A stretch of 56,020 nucleotides of DNA from Candidatus Woesearchaeota archaeon (lineage in GTDB: Archaea; Nanobdellota; Nanobdellia; UBA10117; ARS21): assembly GCA_018698915.1 (NCBI GenBank), contig JABIPN010000026.1, positions 1 to 56,020 of the forward strand. The letters run 5' to 3'. The notes beneath the pieces were generated by a model that saw only the letters and a list, made by a program, of their open reading frames with translations, did not search any database and had not been told where the DNA came from. Position 1 is the first letter of the stretch. Every line of letters starts with the position of its first letter. Positions 20,281-29,087 of the stretch are shown here, piece by piece. Position numbers and translations under genes: made by a program.

Positions 20281-21983
20281 TACTTACCCATCCTTTCATG
20301 AACTGATTGGGGATTAGTATAATATTGATTAAGAATCTTTGCAACATCATCAAATTTGAATATGTCTTTTTCCGACATCCACTTCAAAATATTAGCACGA
20401 CCCATTATCTCATGATTAATATCTTCAGAACTCATGTTATGTGTTTTTGCTATAGTAGATAATATGTAACTTTCATTCTTTGTAAATCCATCAGTGGCCG
20501 GATCCCAAACAATTGCATCATTTACTCGCAAATCTTTTTCTTTAGCATCAAAACTTTCAACTTCTACAACCTTGCCAACTCTACGTACAAATTTACCTTC
20601 ACGTTTAATTTTTTCTAAGAATATAACAATATCTAAATTTTGTAAAACTGACATTGGCAATTGAATTGGAGGTGTTGTTAATCGATCAATAACTGCATTT
20701 ACATTATCTGCGTGAATCGTGGACAAACCTGGATGTCCTGTTGCCATTCCTTGGAACAAAACATTAGCTTCAGCACCACGAACTTCCCCAACAACTAAAT
20801 AATCAGGTCTTTGACGTAATGCACTTCGAAGCAAATCTTCCATTTCAACACTACCATAATTGTTTGGACCAAAACCAGGTCGAGTAATTTGAGGTAACCA
20901 GTTTGTTTGAGGAAGTTTGAGTTCTGCAGTGTCTTCAATTGAAACAATTTTCAAAGTTGGATTAATAAACATACTCAAAACATTCAACAAAGTAGTCTTA
21001 CCCGTCGCAGTAGAACCAGCAATCAATATTGATTTTTCCTTCTCAATACAAAACCACAAATAAGCCAAAGTTATAGCATCAATTGTTTCATATTTAATCA
21101 AATCAACAGGACTTAATGGTTGAGCGAAAAATTTTCGAATTGTAAAATTACTTCCTCTACGTGAAATATCAGTTCCATAAGTAATCTGGACTCTACTACC
21201 ATCTTCCAATGAACCATCAAGTAAGGGATTTGCAACAGATACAGTTCGACCTGTTTTTTGAGCAAGTTTCATAACAAAAGAATCAAGAAGTTCCTTAGTT
21301 TCAAAAACAACATTTGTTGCCATTTCTCCATAAACAGGATTTCTATGGAAAATAAAAATTGGTAATCCAATACCGTCACAACTAATATCTTCAATATTAG
21401 GATCTTGCATAATTGCCTCAATTAAACCGTGACCTGCTGTGTCTTTAAAAATATAATATTTCATTTTCAAAGCATTTTCTGTTTTTGGAACAATATCTAA
21501 TTTTGACCAAATTTCATCAATTTTTTCATTTAGATAACCGTGCATCTCAGATTTACTATTAACATTCTCAAGTTTAATATCGAGTCTCTCATGCAATTCA
21601 TCTATAGTTCTAGTTACTATTTCTTGAGAATATTCATCTAATGTCGGTTCTACTAAATTATACTTCAAAGTATGGGATTCAGTATTAAATGCAATATTAA
21701 CATACGCAAGAGGTACGGACTGACCATTAAATTCAACATTAATCAAAGAATAAGTATCATTCACCTTTCTCAATTCTTCTACAAAATTAGAAGGGGCCTT
21801 CTTACTCAAAATATGTTCTTTAGGAAGCGAAATTCTTAACGTTTTTTCAACAACTTCTTCAACTTTAACTTCCGATTTTTTCTGTTGCACTGGTTGATCA
21901 ACATTTTCTTTTTCAGTAACCTGATTCGATTTATACTTCTTTGCAATTTTGTTCAAAAAGGCGCGAGAGCGAGGACCAGCCAT
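20280..21983 (-). CDS. Type IV pilus assembly ATPase (FlaI/PilB/VirB11 secretion ATPase superfamily)
   Basis: Walker A GSTATGKTT, Asp box SIEDTAEL, Walker B DYLVVGEVRGAEA and His box TGHPGLSTIHA. Confidence 0.9.
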   Translation of the reverse strand: MAGPRSRAFLNKIAKKYKSNQVTEKENVDQPVQQKKSEVKVEEVVEKTLRISLPKEHILSKKAPSNFVEELRKVNDTYSLINVEFNGQSVPLAYVNIAFNTESHTLKYNLVEPTLDEYSQEIVTRTIDELHERLDIKLENVNSKSEMHGYLNEKIDEIWSKLDIVPKTENALKMKYYIFKDTAGHGLIEAIMQDPNIEDISCDGIGLPIFIFHRNPVYGEMATNVVFETKELLDSFVMKLAQKTGRTVSVANPLLDGSLEDGSRVQITYGTDISRRGSNFTIRKFFAQPLSPVDLIKYETIDAITLAYLWFCIEKEKSILIAGSTATGKTTLLNVLSMFINPTLKIVSIEDTAELKLPQTNWLPQITRPGFGPNNYGSVEMEDLLRSALRQRPDYLVVGEVRGAEANVLFQGMATGHPGLSTIHADNVNAVIDRLTTPPIQLPMSVLQNLDIVIFLEKIKREGKFVRRVGKVVEVESFDAKEKDLRVNDAIVWDPATDGFTKNESYILSTIAKTHNMSSEDINHEIMGRANILKWMSEKDIFKFDDVAKILNQYYTNPQSVHERMGK

Positions 21984-22013
21984 GGAGAATTTAATATTCC
22001 AATCTATAAATAT

Positions 22014-22502
22014 TTACTGGCTAGCAAATTTCAGGCCCGCACTCGTATTATATTCCAGAATATATTCACCATTTGATGAGAAAGCATAAGATTTGATTAC
22101 GGGAAGCTTAGTATTTATTTGTTTGATAAAGAGAACACCCACAGATCCAAATTTACTTGAGCCCTGACGTGAAACAACAAGTTCAGGATCACTTAAAAAA
22201 GCGCTAGCAGAATTATTAAGTCCACTAGCTCTCAAAGAAATAGAATAAAGATCAGTGCCAATATGATTGGGAATATTGTTACGTATTCTAAATATTGTTT
22301 CAGAAGTATTTTCATAATTATTCTCAATAAAATAAATATCAGATTCAACTTTTTCAATCAAAAGATTGATTTGCTCTTCAGCCAAAAATTCAGAATTTGT
22401 ATCTCTAACATTCATACTCCAAATCAAAACTAATGCGAATATAGCAACACTAATCACTGTTAGGATTCCCAAATAAATTGCACTAATTTGACCTCGTTTC
22501 AT
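22014..22502 (-). CDS. Type IV pilin-like protein (class III signal peptide)
   Basis: MKRG/QISAIYLGILTVISVAIFALVLIW N-terminus. 4-nt overlap with the upstream gene. Confidence 0.6.
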   Translation of the reverse strand: MKRGQISAIYLGILTVISVAIFALVLIWSMNVRDTNSEFLAEEQINLLIEKVESDIYFIENNYENTSETIFRIRNNIPNHIGTDLYSISLRASGLNNSASAFLSDPELVVSRQGSSKFGSVGVLFIKQINTKLPVIKSYAFSSNGEYILEYNTSAGLKFASQ

Positions 22503-23104
22503 GTTATATCAATTTTAACTACTGGTTTATTTATTGTTGGACATGAAGTTTCAGCAGTAGTATTTGAATAATCATAAGTAAGTAAAATACTATGTTTTCC
22601 TTTACCCGCACCAGTATTATCACCAAGCCCAAGTCTAATTCCAACACATTCATTATTTACTGTATCATTCAACAACGGAAAATATATTTGATAAACAATC
22701 GCACCTTGTTTTGTAATACAACTAGAGGTATCAGTTCCAACAACACCAATTCGACTACTGTTTAGACAAGAACCACCTGAAGTTTTATTATATCCTTTAA
22801 CCACAATTCGTTCCCCACTCATACTTGGTAAATTCACAATACTCGTAAATTCAATAGTTGCATTATTTTTCACTCGCAAAAATCCTTTATCAATATCAAA
22901 ATTAATACTTCGTTGAGTTTGCTGAGTTGCAACTTCATGAATTGCATTATCCAACATTCGCAAGTTCGATTCCATTCTAGAAACCTCATTTATATTATTT
23001 GATCTTTCAATCAAAGGATTTGCCCAAAAGAAAACTATTGCAGTAACCGAAAGCATGATTAAAGTTAGTAAAGTAAATCCAATAATCTGCGCTTGACCTT
23101 TCAT
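22499..23104 (-). CDS. Type IV pilin-like protein (class III signal peptide)
   Basis: MKG/QAQIIGFTLLTLIMLSVTAIVFFW N-terminus, four Cys and several sequons. It abuts the upstream gene with no spacer. Confidence 0.6.
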   Translation of the reverse strand: MKGQAQIIGFTLLTLIMLSVTAIVFFWANPLIERSNNINEVSRMESNLRMLDNAIHEVATQQTQRSINFDIDKGFLRVKNNATIEFTSIVNLPSMSGERIVVKGYNKTSGGSCLNSSRIGVVGTDTSSCITKQGAIVYQIYFPLLNDTVNNECVGIRLGLGDNTGAGKGKHSILLTYDYSNTTAETSCPTINKPVVKIDIT

Positions 23105-24967
23105 TTAACTAACCTCCGTTGAATTAACTTCTGAACTTACACCAGTACTCTTTGTGAAAATCTCTAGTTTTTCAAAATATTTACCATTCGCAGTTTTTAC
23201 AGTAAATTTAGTACCTGGAGAATATTTACTTATATCACAACTACTATCTTCAATTGAAATATTCAATAAAGTACAATCACCTTTCTTAAGAATCTGATTA
23301 CATCCCGTTACACAAGCCGGCTGTCTTTCAGTACAAGCAGTATATGAAAATAGTTTTTGAACTTCAGGATAAGTATTATCTTGATAAACTCGAGTTTCAC
23401 TTAAGAAATTACCGTTGCCAGAATTAATATTAAATTTAGTAATTGTACCATGCGTTCCATTAGTCCCCCCAAGATATAGATTATCACCTAAAAAATCAAA
23501 AGTTAAGGGGTTGACTCCGGAACCTACAGGCGGACTTATCAATTCCGCGTTATAATTACCTTCGCTATCACGAATTCCTATCACTTGAAATCCTGGAGCA
23601 CCAATTCGCGCAGTAAGAAATAACATAACTTGATTACTATTTTGATGATATTTCATTTCAACAATATTATATGATGGATCTACTCCCGCAGTCATCAAAT
23701 CAATACAATGCAGTTCTGTGTTTTCTTGATTTTGACCGGTCCAAAAAACAGAAGGAAATTTATTACCACTACTATTTGTTAAGTTATTTATTGCAATAAA
23801 TATAGGATCACTGTTAACTTTACTACTATTTGTAAACTCAGGAACATGTAACATTGCAGGAACCCCTTCAATAGTTAAACCACAACCAACAGGATCAATA
23901 GTAATTCCACATTGAGAAAAAGAGGGAATATCATAAGGACAAACTGTTCCAGGATTCTCATAATTAACTTCTATACCTACAGTGAGATCTTGAGTCTCAT
24001 CAATAAATGGTGCAGCACCCTCATCCAAACTACCAGTTGTACCAATAAGCAATTGAGTTTGTCCCATTCTAACTATTTCCCGAAGTGCAGTAACTTTAGA
24101 ATTTACAATATTACGTCCACCTAATCCGAAGCCAGTCAAACGCTCAGGAACATCATAAGCTGCAAACTGCTTGGTAATAATTGCAGTTTTTGGATCTCCA
24201 AGTAACGGATCAGTAAGTGCACCACCTCTAAATAATGATAAAGAGACACCGGGAATTTCTCTTACCATTTCTGCACTATGGAAAATTGTAACATTCTCAT
24301 CTAAATCCGTAATACCATAACTATTTCCTTTCAAAGTTCTATCAAGAACTGAAAGAATGGCTTTTCGTGACCCTGCAGGTTTGGCTACAGTACCCATAAG
24401 TAACATATTTTCAGGATTTCGAGTAGAATTTCCTCGCTCATTAAATCCATCCAAATAAGTAAAATTAAACAAACTATAGCTATTATATTCTGAACTTATT
24501 GAAGAAGTAGTCCAATTTCCACCATCAGTTGAAGACACAGTATACATTCCCGTTACTGAAGCACTAGATCCTCCAAGAACTCCGAAGAGCGTAGTAACAT
24601 TTGTGTTACATTCTCCACTAAAATCTCTTACAGCACAAATCAATTCAGTTCCAGCACCATATCCTTCATAAATTTCAAGACGGAGTTCATCTGCTGCAAG
24701 ATTTATAGATTTTTCATCAGCACAAATTTGAGTTACGTACTCAGCAAAATTATTTATATTAACTTCACGATTTACACTATATGCGGCATCAATTAATGCG
24801 GAAGTTCTACTATTAATTTGATCAAAAACATTGGTTTGATGCATTTCAGCCTGAATTTGAGCATCATCTTGCCCAGAAGAATACCAATAAAAGAAACTAC
24901 CTGCAGCAACCATTACCATCACAATTAATAAAATAATACTTACAACTTCAGAAACACCCTTTCTCAT
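23105..24967 (-). CDS. Giant pilin-like protein (620 aa): pilin N-terminus, a large inserted domain and a pilin-type Cys module; candidate tip adhesin
   Basis: N-terminus MRKG/VSEVVSIILLIVMVMVAAGSFFYWY. The C-terminus (ACVTGCNQILKKGDCTLLNISIEDSSCDIS) repeats the Cys motif of the small pilins. About 450 aa lie in between. Confidence 0.65.
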   Translation of the reverse strand: MRKGVSEVVSIILLIVMVMVAAGSFFYWYSSGQDDAQIQAEMHQTNVFDQINSRTSALIDAAYSVNREVNINNFAEYVTQICADEKSINLAADELRLEIYEGYGAGTELICAVRDFSGECNTNVTTLFGVLGGSSASVTGMYTVSSTDGGNWTTSSISSEYNSYSLFNFTYLDGFNERGNSTRNPENMLLMGTVAKPAGSRKAILSVLDRTLKGNSYGITDLDENVTIFHSAEMVREIPGVSLSLFRGGALTDPLLGDPKTAIITKQFAAYDVPERLTGFGLGGRNIVNSKVTALREIVRMGQTQLLIGTTGSLDEGAAPFIDETQDLTVGIEVNYENPGTVCPYDIPSFSQCGITIDPVGCGLTIEGVPAMLHVPEFTNSSKVNSDPIFIAINNLTNSSGNKFPSVFWTGQNQENTELHCIDLMTAGVDPSYNIVEMKYHQNSNQVMLFLTARIGAPGFQVIGIRDSEGNYNAELISPPVGSGVNPLTFDFLGDNLYLGGTNGTHGTITKFNINSGNGNFLSETRVYQDNTYPEVQKLFSYTACTERQPACVTGCNQILKKGDCTLLNISIEDSSCDISKYSPGTKFTVKTANGKYFEKLEIFTKSTGVSSEVNSTEVS

Positions 24968-25015
24968 AAAACTAACAATATGTTTTCGTTAATATAATTT
25001 ACTAGTAATAGACAA

Positions 25016-25546
25016 CTACTTCCCAAATGCACCACCAGCAGTTGAATGACCACTGAAATCCAATTCAAACATAAAGTCAGTATTATTTGTATAAGTTGTA
25101 AGGCTACAATCGCTTGATAAACTCATTGCAATTTTTTGTGTTTCACCTATATCAATAGAATCTCCGCATCCAGCACTACAACTTGCATGAGAACTATCTA
25201 AATATGTTGAACATATAACTTTTCCACCAGCTTCCTGCAAAGTAAATGTAGTGGTGGGGTGACTTGAACCAGTCTCAACAGGAATATCTGTTCCACCTTC
25301 ATTTTTAACATATAAATTCAATGTACTTCCATCTAAATCAGCTACAATTATTCCTGCACGAGTACTAATTGTTTCAGCCAAATTACTTGAATGACTTTCA
25401 GAGCCACCCTGAAGTTCACTCTGCATCCTTACAAACCAGAAAAAAGCAGCACCCGCAGCTGCAACTGTCATCATCATAAGTAAAATAACTGCGATAATCG
25501 GAGTTATTCCTTTCTTGTTCCGCTTCCCAATTTTTCTTAATTTCAT
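25016..25546 (-). CDS. Archaeal type IV pilin (Pilin_N/DUF1628-type N-terminus), major pilin candidate A
   Basis: MKLRKIGKRNKKG/ITPIIAVILLMMMTVAAAGAAFFW is the archaeal pilin N-terminal domain pattern. The globular part carries C..C..GCG....C. Confidence 0.8.
   Translation of the reverse strand: MKLRKIGKRNKKGITPIIAVILLMMMTVAAAGAAFFWFVRMQSELQGGSESHSSNLAETISTRAGIIVADLDGSTLNLYVKNEGGTDIPVETGSSHPTTTFTLQEAGGKVICSTYLDSSHASCSAGCGDSIDIGETQKIAMSLSSDCSLTTYTNNTDFMFELDFSGHSTAGGAFGK
25436..25546 (-). repeat. 111-bp pilin 5' cassette, copy 1 (partner at 28679-28789)
   Basis: 110 of 111 nt are identical to 28679-28789 by direct comparison. It covers codons 1-37 of the pilin gene. Confidence 0.9.
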
Positions 25547-26082
25547 ATTTCAAATTGTCCTTTTAGCGGAGTGACTCCACTAAGCGTAATATCTACAGCA
25601 ACCGTTGAACCATTACTCTGACTTGATATATCACATTCACTATTTGTTAAATTTAATTTAATTGTCCGACTATCTTTCAGCACCAAATCTGAACCGCAAC
25701 CAGAAAGACACTTAGTATCATTAGTACCATCACCATCTGAATCTAAACCACTCCAATCTGAATTACAAAGTATGTCTCCATCACTATTTGTTAAAGTCCA
25801 AACAGATTTTGGACTATTTCCCGAATCAGAAATTGGTATTTTAGTAGTTCCAGTATTTAATGCAACAATTTGCAAAATCTCAGAAGTCCGATTATAACTT
25901 GAAGTTTGCCAAATTACTGAAGAAGTCATGGCTTCAAAAGTTGAATCTTGGTGCGCTTGAGTTCCACCTTGCAGTTCGCTTTGGATTCTCACTAGCCAAT
26001 AAAAACTAGAACCGGCAGCAGCAACAGTCATCATTAATAGAAGAATCATTGCAACAACCGGAGTCAGACCTTTCTTTGACAT
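25543..26082 (-). CDS. Archaeal type IV pilin (Pilin_N/DUF1628-type N-terminus), major pilin candidate C; first gene of the operon
   Basis: MSKKG/LTPVVAMILLLMMTVAAAGSSFYW N-terminus. It has the same Cys pattern, and a TATA box lies 23 nt upstream of its ATG. Confidence 0.8.
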   Translation of the reverse strand: MSKKGLTPVVAMILLLMMTVAAAGSSFYWLVRIQSELQGGTQAHQDSTFEAMTSSVIWQTSSYNRTSEILQIVALNTGTTKIPISDSGNSPKSVWTLTNSDGDILCNSDWSGLDSDGDGTNDTKCLSGCGSDLVLKDSRTIKLNLTNSECDISSQSNGSTVAVDITLSGVTPLKGQFEI

Positions 26083-26105
26083 ATGATTTAGAAAAAAGGT
26101 TTTTC

Positions 26106-26113
26106 TATATAAA
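26106..26113 (-). promoter_or_regulatory. TATA box (TTTATATA on the minus strand) for the pilin operon
   Basis: Its centre is about 27 nt upstream of the ATG at 26082, which implies a leaderless or near-leaderless transcript. Confidence 0.4.
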
Positions 26114-26118
26114 TCTCG

Positions 26119-26538
26119 CTATTTCGTTCGACGATAAGTAACCGGCATTCCCTTCGGAAAGCGTTCTTTGAAATATGATTTTCTTTTTACTGAGCGATGT
26201 AAAGCTTCAGTCTTTTCAGACAAATTTTGATTAGAAGCCTCAAGTCTTTCAATCCGATCAATCAATTCAGCAAGTCTATCAACTTCACCTTCTTCCTCAC
26301 TTTCAACATCTTCAAAAACCTGCATAATTTTTTCAAGTTTAGCAGTCATCTTAACTAGATTCTTAACAGTTAGCTCAAATTTATTTTCAATTTTCTGAAC
26401 ACTATTCAAAATATTCAAATATTCTTTTGGAGCATTAGTTTTTTTAGTTAATTCTTCTCTCAATTGCTTCATTTCAGTCTGTAAATCCTTAAGAGGCTTC
26501 ATCGGAATTAATTCATACTCTTCACTCTTACTAACCAT
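26119..26538 (-). CDS. Coiled-coil hypothetical protein
   Basis: 139 aa with heptad-like K/E/L-rich sequence and a basic C-terminus. No TM helix and no recognised motif. Confidence 0.5.
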   Translation of the reverse strand: MVSKSEEYELIPMKPLKDLQTEMKQLREELTKKTNAPKEYLNILNSVQKIENKFELTVKNLVKMTAKLEKIMQVFEDVESEEEGEVDRLAELIDRIERLEASNQNLSEKTEALHRSVKRKSYFKERFPKGMPVTYRRTK

Positions 26539-26595
26539 AAAACTATATGTTACTCTTTAAATAAAAATCTTGCTTTAATCTGCCCAAAAACAACC

Positions 26596-26603
26596 CTTAA
26601 AAG
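26596..26603 (+). promoter_or_regulatory. TATA-like box (CTTAAAAG) for the thermosome gene
   Basis: Its centre is 24-25 nt upstream of the ATG at 26624. Confidence 0.3.
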
Positions 26604-26623
26604 TTTTCTCCCAAGCTAAGAGT

Positions 26624-28243
26624 ATGTCCAATCAAAACATCCAACCAGTATTTATTTTACCTGAAGGATATTCTAGAAATCAAGGAAGAACTGCACACAA
26701 AGCAAATATCGCAGCAGCAAAAGCAGTTGCAGATACGGTAAGAACAACTTTGGGTCCAAAAGGAATGGACAAAATGATTGTTTCAGGAAGCGGAAGAGTC
26801 ACAATAACAAATGACGGAGTAACAATTCTTGATGAGATGGAAATTGAACATCCAGCAGCAAAAATGCTTGTAGAAGTTGCAAAAGTTCAGGAAGCAGAAG
26901 TAGGAGATGGAACAACAACAGCAGTAATCTTGGCCGGAGAATTACTAAGTAAAGCTGAACAACTTCTAGATAAAAATATTCATCCAACTGTAATCGCAAA
27001 AGGTTACGAACTTGCAGCAGGAAAGACACAAGATCTAATAAATAAATTATCAGAGAAAATATCAATTAAAGATAAATCACTTTTAATCAAAATTGCAGCA
27101 ACAGCAATGACCGGAAAGAATGTTGAATATGAAACCAAACAAAAACTCTCCAAAATGGCAGTTCAATCAATAATGTCTGTCGCAGAAAGACAAGGAAATG
27201 AAATTACGATCGATTTGAACGACATTAAAATTGAAAAGAAACCAGGAGCAGATACTGAAGATTCGAAATTAATTGAAGGAATTGTAATTGATAAAGAACG
27301 AGTTCATTCTTCAATGCCGCGAGAACTAAAAAATGCAAAAGTTCTGTTATTAGATACACCACTTGAAGTAAAAGATACAGAGATTGATGCAAAGATTCAA
27401 ATTACATCTCCAAGTCAAGTTCAAGAATTTATTGAACAAGAAGAATCAATGCTAAGATCAATGGTTGAATTAATCAAAAAGTCTGGAGCAACAGCAGTTT
27501 TCTGTCAAAAAGGAATTGATGATACAGTTCAACATCTATTAGCAAAAAATAATATTTTCGCAGTACGAAGAGTACGTGAATCTGATATGAAAAGAATGGC
27601 GAAAGCAACCTCTGGACGAATTATAACTTCACTAAAAGATTTAGAAAAAACAGATTTAGGAAAAGCAGGTTCAATCTCAGAAAAAAAGATATCTGATGAA
27701 CACATGATTTTTGTAGAAAAATGTTCAAAAGCAAAAGCAGTGACTTTGTTGGTTCGAGGCGGAACTGACCATGTTATTTCTGAAGTTGAGCGAGCTTTAA
27801 CTGATGCAATTGGAGACATAGCAGCAGCAATTTCAACAAAACAAGTTGTAGCTGGAGGATCAGCAATCGAATTAGAACTTTCCAAAAATTTACGAAAATA
27901 CGCAGAATCATTTTCAGGAAGAGAACAATTAGCAGTAATTGCATTTTCAGAAGCTCTTGAAGTTATTCCGATAACTCTTGCAGAAAACGCAGGATTAGAT
28001 CCAATTGATACTTTGGCGCAACTAAAAGCCAAACACGATTCCAAAAATAAATGGGCGGGATTGAATGTAATCACTGGAAAAGTTGAAGATATGTGGAAGA
28101 AAGGAGTAATTGAACCTTCAAAGATAAAAACTCAAGCAATTTCAAGTTCAAGCGATGTCGCAATAATGCTTCTAAGAATCGACGATATAATTTCTGCACA
28201 AGGAAAACCTCAACAATTACCTGACGGAACTCAATTACAATAA
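26624..28243 (+). CDS. ths: Thermosome subunit (group II chaperonin, Cpn60/TCP-1 family)
   Basis: [32 protein letters not shown] and a C-terminal IDDIISA motif. 539 aa. Confidence 0.93.
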   Translation: MSNQNIQPVFILPEGYSRNQGRTAHKANIAAAKAVADTVRTTLGPKGMDKMIVSGSGRVTITNDGVTILDEMEIEHPAAKMLVEVAKVQEAEVGDGTTTAVILAGELLSKAEQLLDKNIHPTVIAKGYELAAGKTQDLINKLSEKISIKDKSLLIKIAATAMTGKNVEYETKQKLSKMAVQSIMSVAERQGNEITIDLNDIKIEKKPGADTEDSKLIEGIVIDKERVHSSMPRELKNAKVLLLDTPLEVKDTEIDAKIQITSPSQVQEFIEQEESMLRSMVELIKKSGATAVFCQKGIDDTVQHLLAKNNIFAVRRVRESDMKRMAKATSGRIITSLKDLEKTDLGKAGSISEKKISDEHMIFVEKCSKAKAVTLLVRGGTDHVISEVERALTDAIGDIAAAISTKQVVAGGSAIELELSKNLRKYAESFSGREQLAVIAFSEALEVIPITLAENAGLDPIDTLAQLKAKHDSKNKWAGLNVITGKVEDMWKKGVIEPSKIKTQAISSSSDVAIMLLRIDDIISAQGKPQQLPDGTQLQ

Positions 28244-28789
28244 TTACTTATCGAAATCAGCACCAGTTCCTGCTTGTCCACCAAAATCTAATTCGAAATT
28301 AAAAGTAGTACCGTTTGGATAAGTTGTAGCATTACTAATATCACAGTTAGTTGACAAGTTTACAATAATCATCTTTTGAGAACCAACATCCAGATTACTA
28401 CCTCCACAACCAACAGTACAATTTGCAGAAACACTACCAAATGTTTCACTACAAATAAGCTTGCTATTGCTATCCTTCAAAAGTATATTAGTGGTAGGAC
28501 TCACAGTAGTACTGGTCAAAGTTATAGGAATACTACCTGTATTTTGAAGTATTAAAGTGAAATTTCCATTGTCAATATATTGAGAATGAATCACATCAAC
28601 CATAGAATTAATATTACTACTTAATGTTTCAGAATGTTGTTCTGAACCGCCTTGAAAACTAGATTGCATTCTAAGCACCCAGAAAAAAGCAGCACCTGCA
28701 GCTGCAACTGTCATCATCATAAGTAAAATAACTGCGATAATCGGAGTTATTCCTTTCTTGTTCCGCTTCCCAATTTTTCTTAATTTCAT
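28244..28789 (-). CDS. Archaeal type IV pilin, paralogue B (outside the main operon)
   Basis: The first 37 aa are identical to pilin A (25016-25546), then the sequence diverges. It has the same C..C..GCG....C pattern. Its stop codon abuts the thermosome stop codon (TAATTA). Confidence 0.8.
   Translation of the reverse strand: MKLRKIGKRNKKGITPIIAVILLMMMTVAAAGAAFFWVLRMQSSFQGGSEQHSETLSSNINSMVDVIHSQYIDNGNFTLILQNTGSIPITLTSTTVSPTTNILLKDSNSKLICSETFGSVSANCTVGCGGSNLDVGSQKMIIVNLSTNCDISNATTYPNGTTFNFELDFGGQAGTGADFDK
28679..28789 (-). repeat. 111-bp pilin 5' cassette, copy 2 (partner at 25436-25546)
   Basis: Same as copy 1. The single mismatch is C versus T within GCACC(C/T)GCAG. Confidence 0.9.
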
Positions 28790-29013
28790 TCCAAAAGTCT
28801 CCTAATTCTTGCAAGCATAATAACTGCAACAAAAAGGATAACACTAATGACTCCAAGAAAGAAAGTGCTTAATGAAGTCCAACTCAACAAACTTAATTCT
28901 AAATTTGCAGCTTTCGAAGTCAAATATATTACTGAAACGATCCAAAAAGTTAAGCTAGCCAAAAGAACTTTCTCAGTCATATCTGGACGTTCAACTCTTT
29001 TCTTGCGAATCAT
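28786..29013 (-). CDS. Small two-TM membrane protein, translationally coupled to pilin B
   Basis: 75 aa with two hydrophobic helices. An ATGA overlap joins it to the pilin start. A TATA-like TTTTTATACA (minus strand) lies about 21 nt upstream of its ATG. Confidence 0.5.
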   Translation of the reverse strand: MIRKKRVERPDMTEKVLLASLTFWIVSVIYLTSKAANLELSLLSWTSLSTFFLGVISVILFVAVIMLARIRRLLE

Positions 29014-29087
29014 AATTAGTAATACTCAAAGATGTATAAAAAAGTATTGTAAGAAATATTTATATTGTCCAGACGATATTCAAATCC

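Noticed and set aside
16076-26082. Archaellum (archaeal flagellum) operon
   Set aside because: There is no FlaH (KaiC-like), FlaF/FlaG, FlaCDE or FlaX candidate. The pilin-like proteins lack the conserved archaellin globular domain. The platform is split into two genes. An adhesion or other non-motility pilus is more consistent.
27529-28074. 181-aa ORF antisense to the thermosome gene
   Set aside because: It lies wholly inside a very confidently identified chaperonin gene. Its Ser/Ala/Phe-rich sequence looks like the mirror image of GCN/GAN-rich codons. No start context or motif supports it.
25436-28789. Direct 111-bp repeats as the boundaries of a mobile element carrying the thermosome
   Set aside because: The repeats are the coding 5' ends of two pilin paralogues. 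No transposase or integrase is present, and the enclosed thermosome is a core gene. Gene conversion between paralogues is the simpler explanation.
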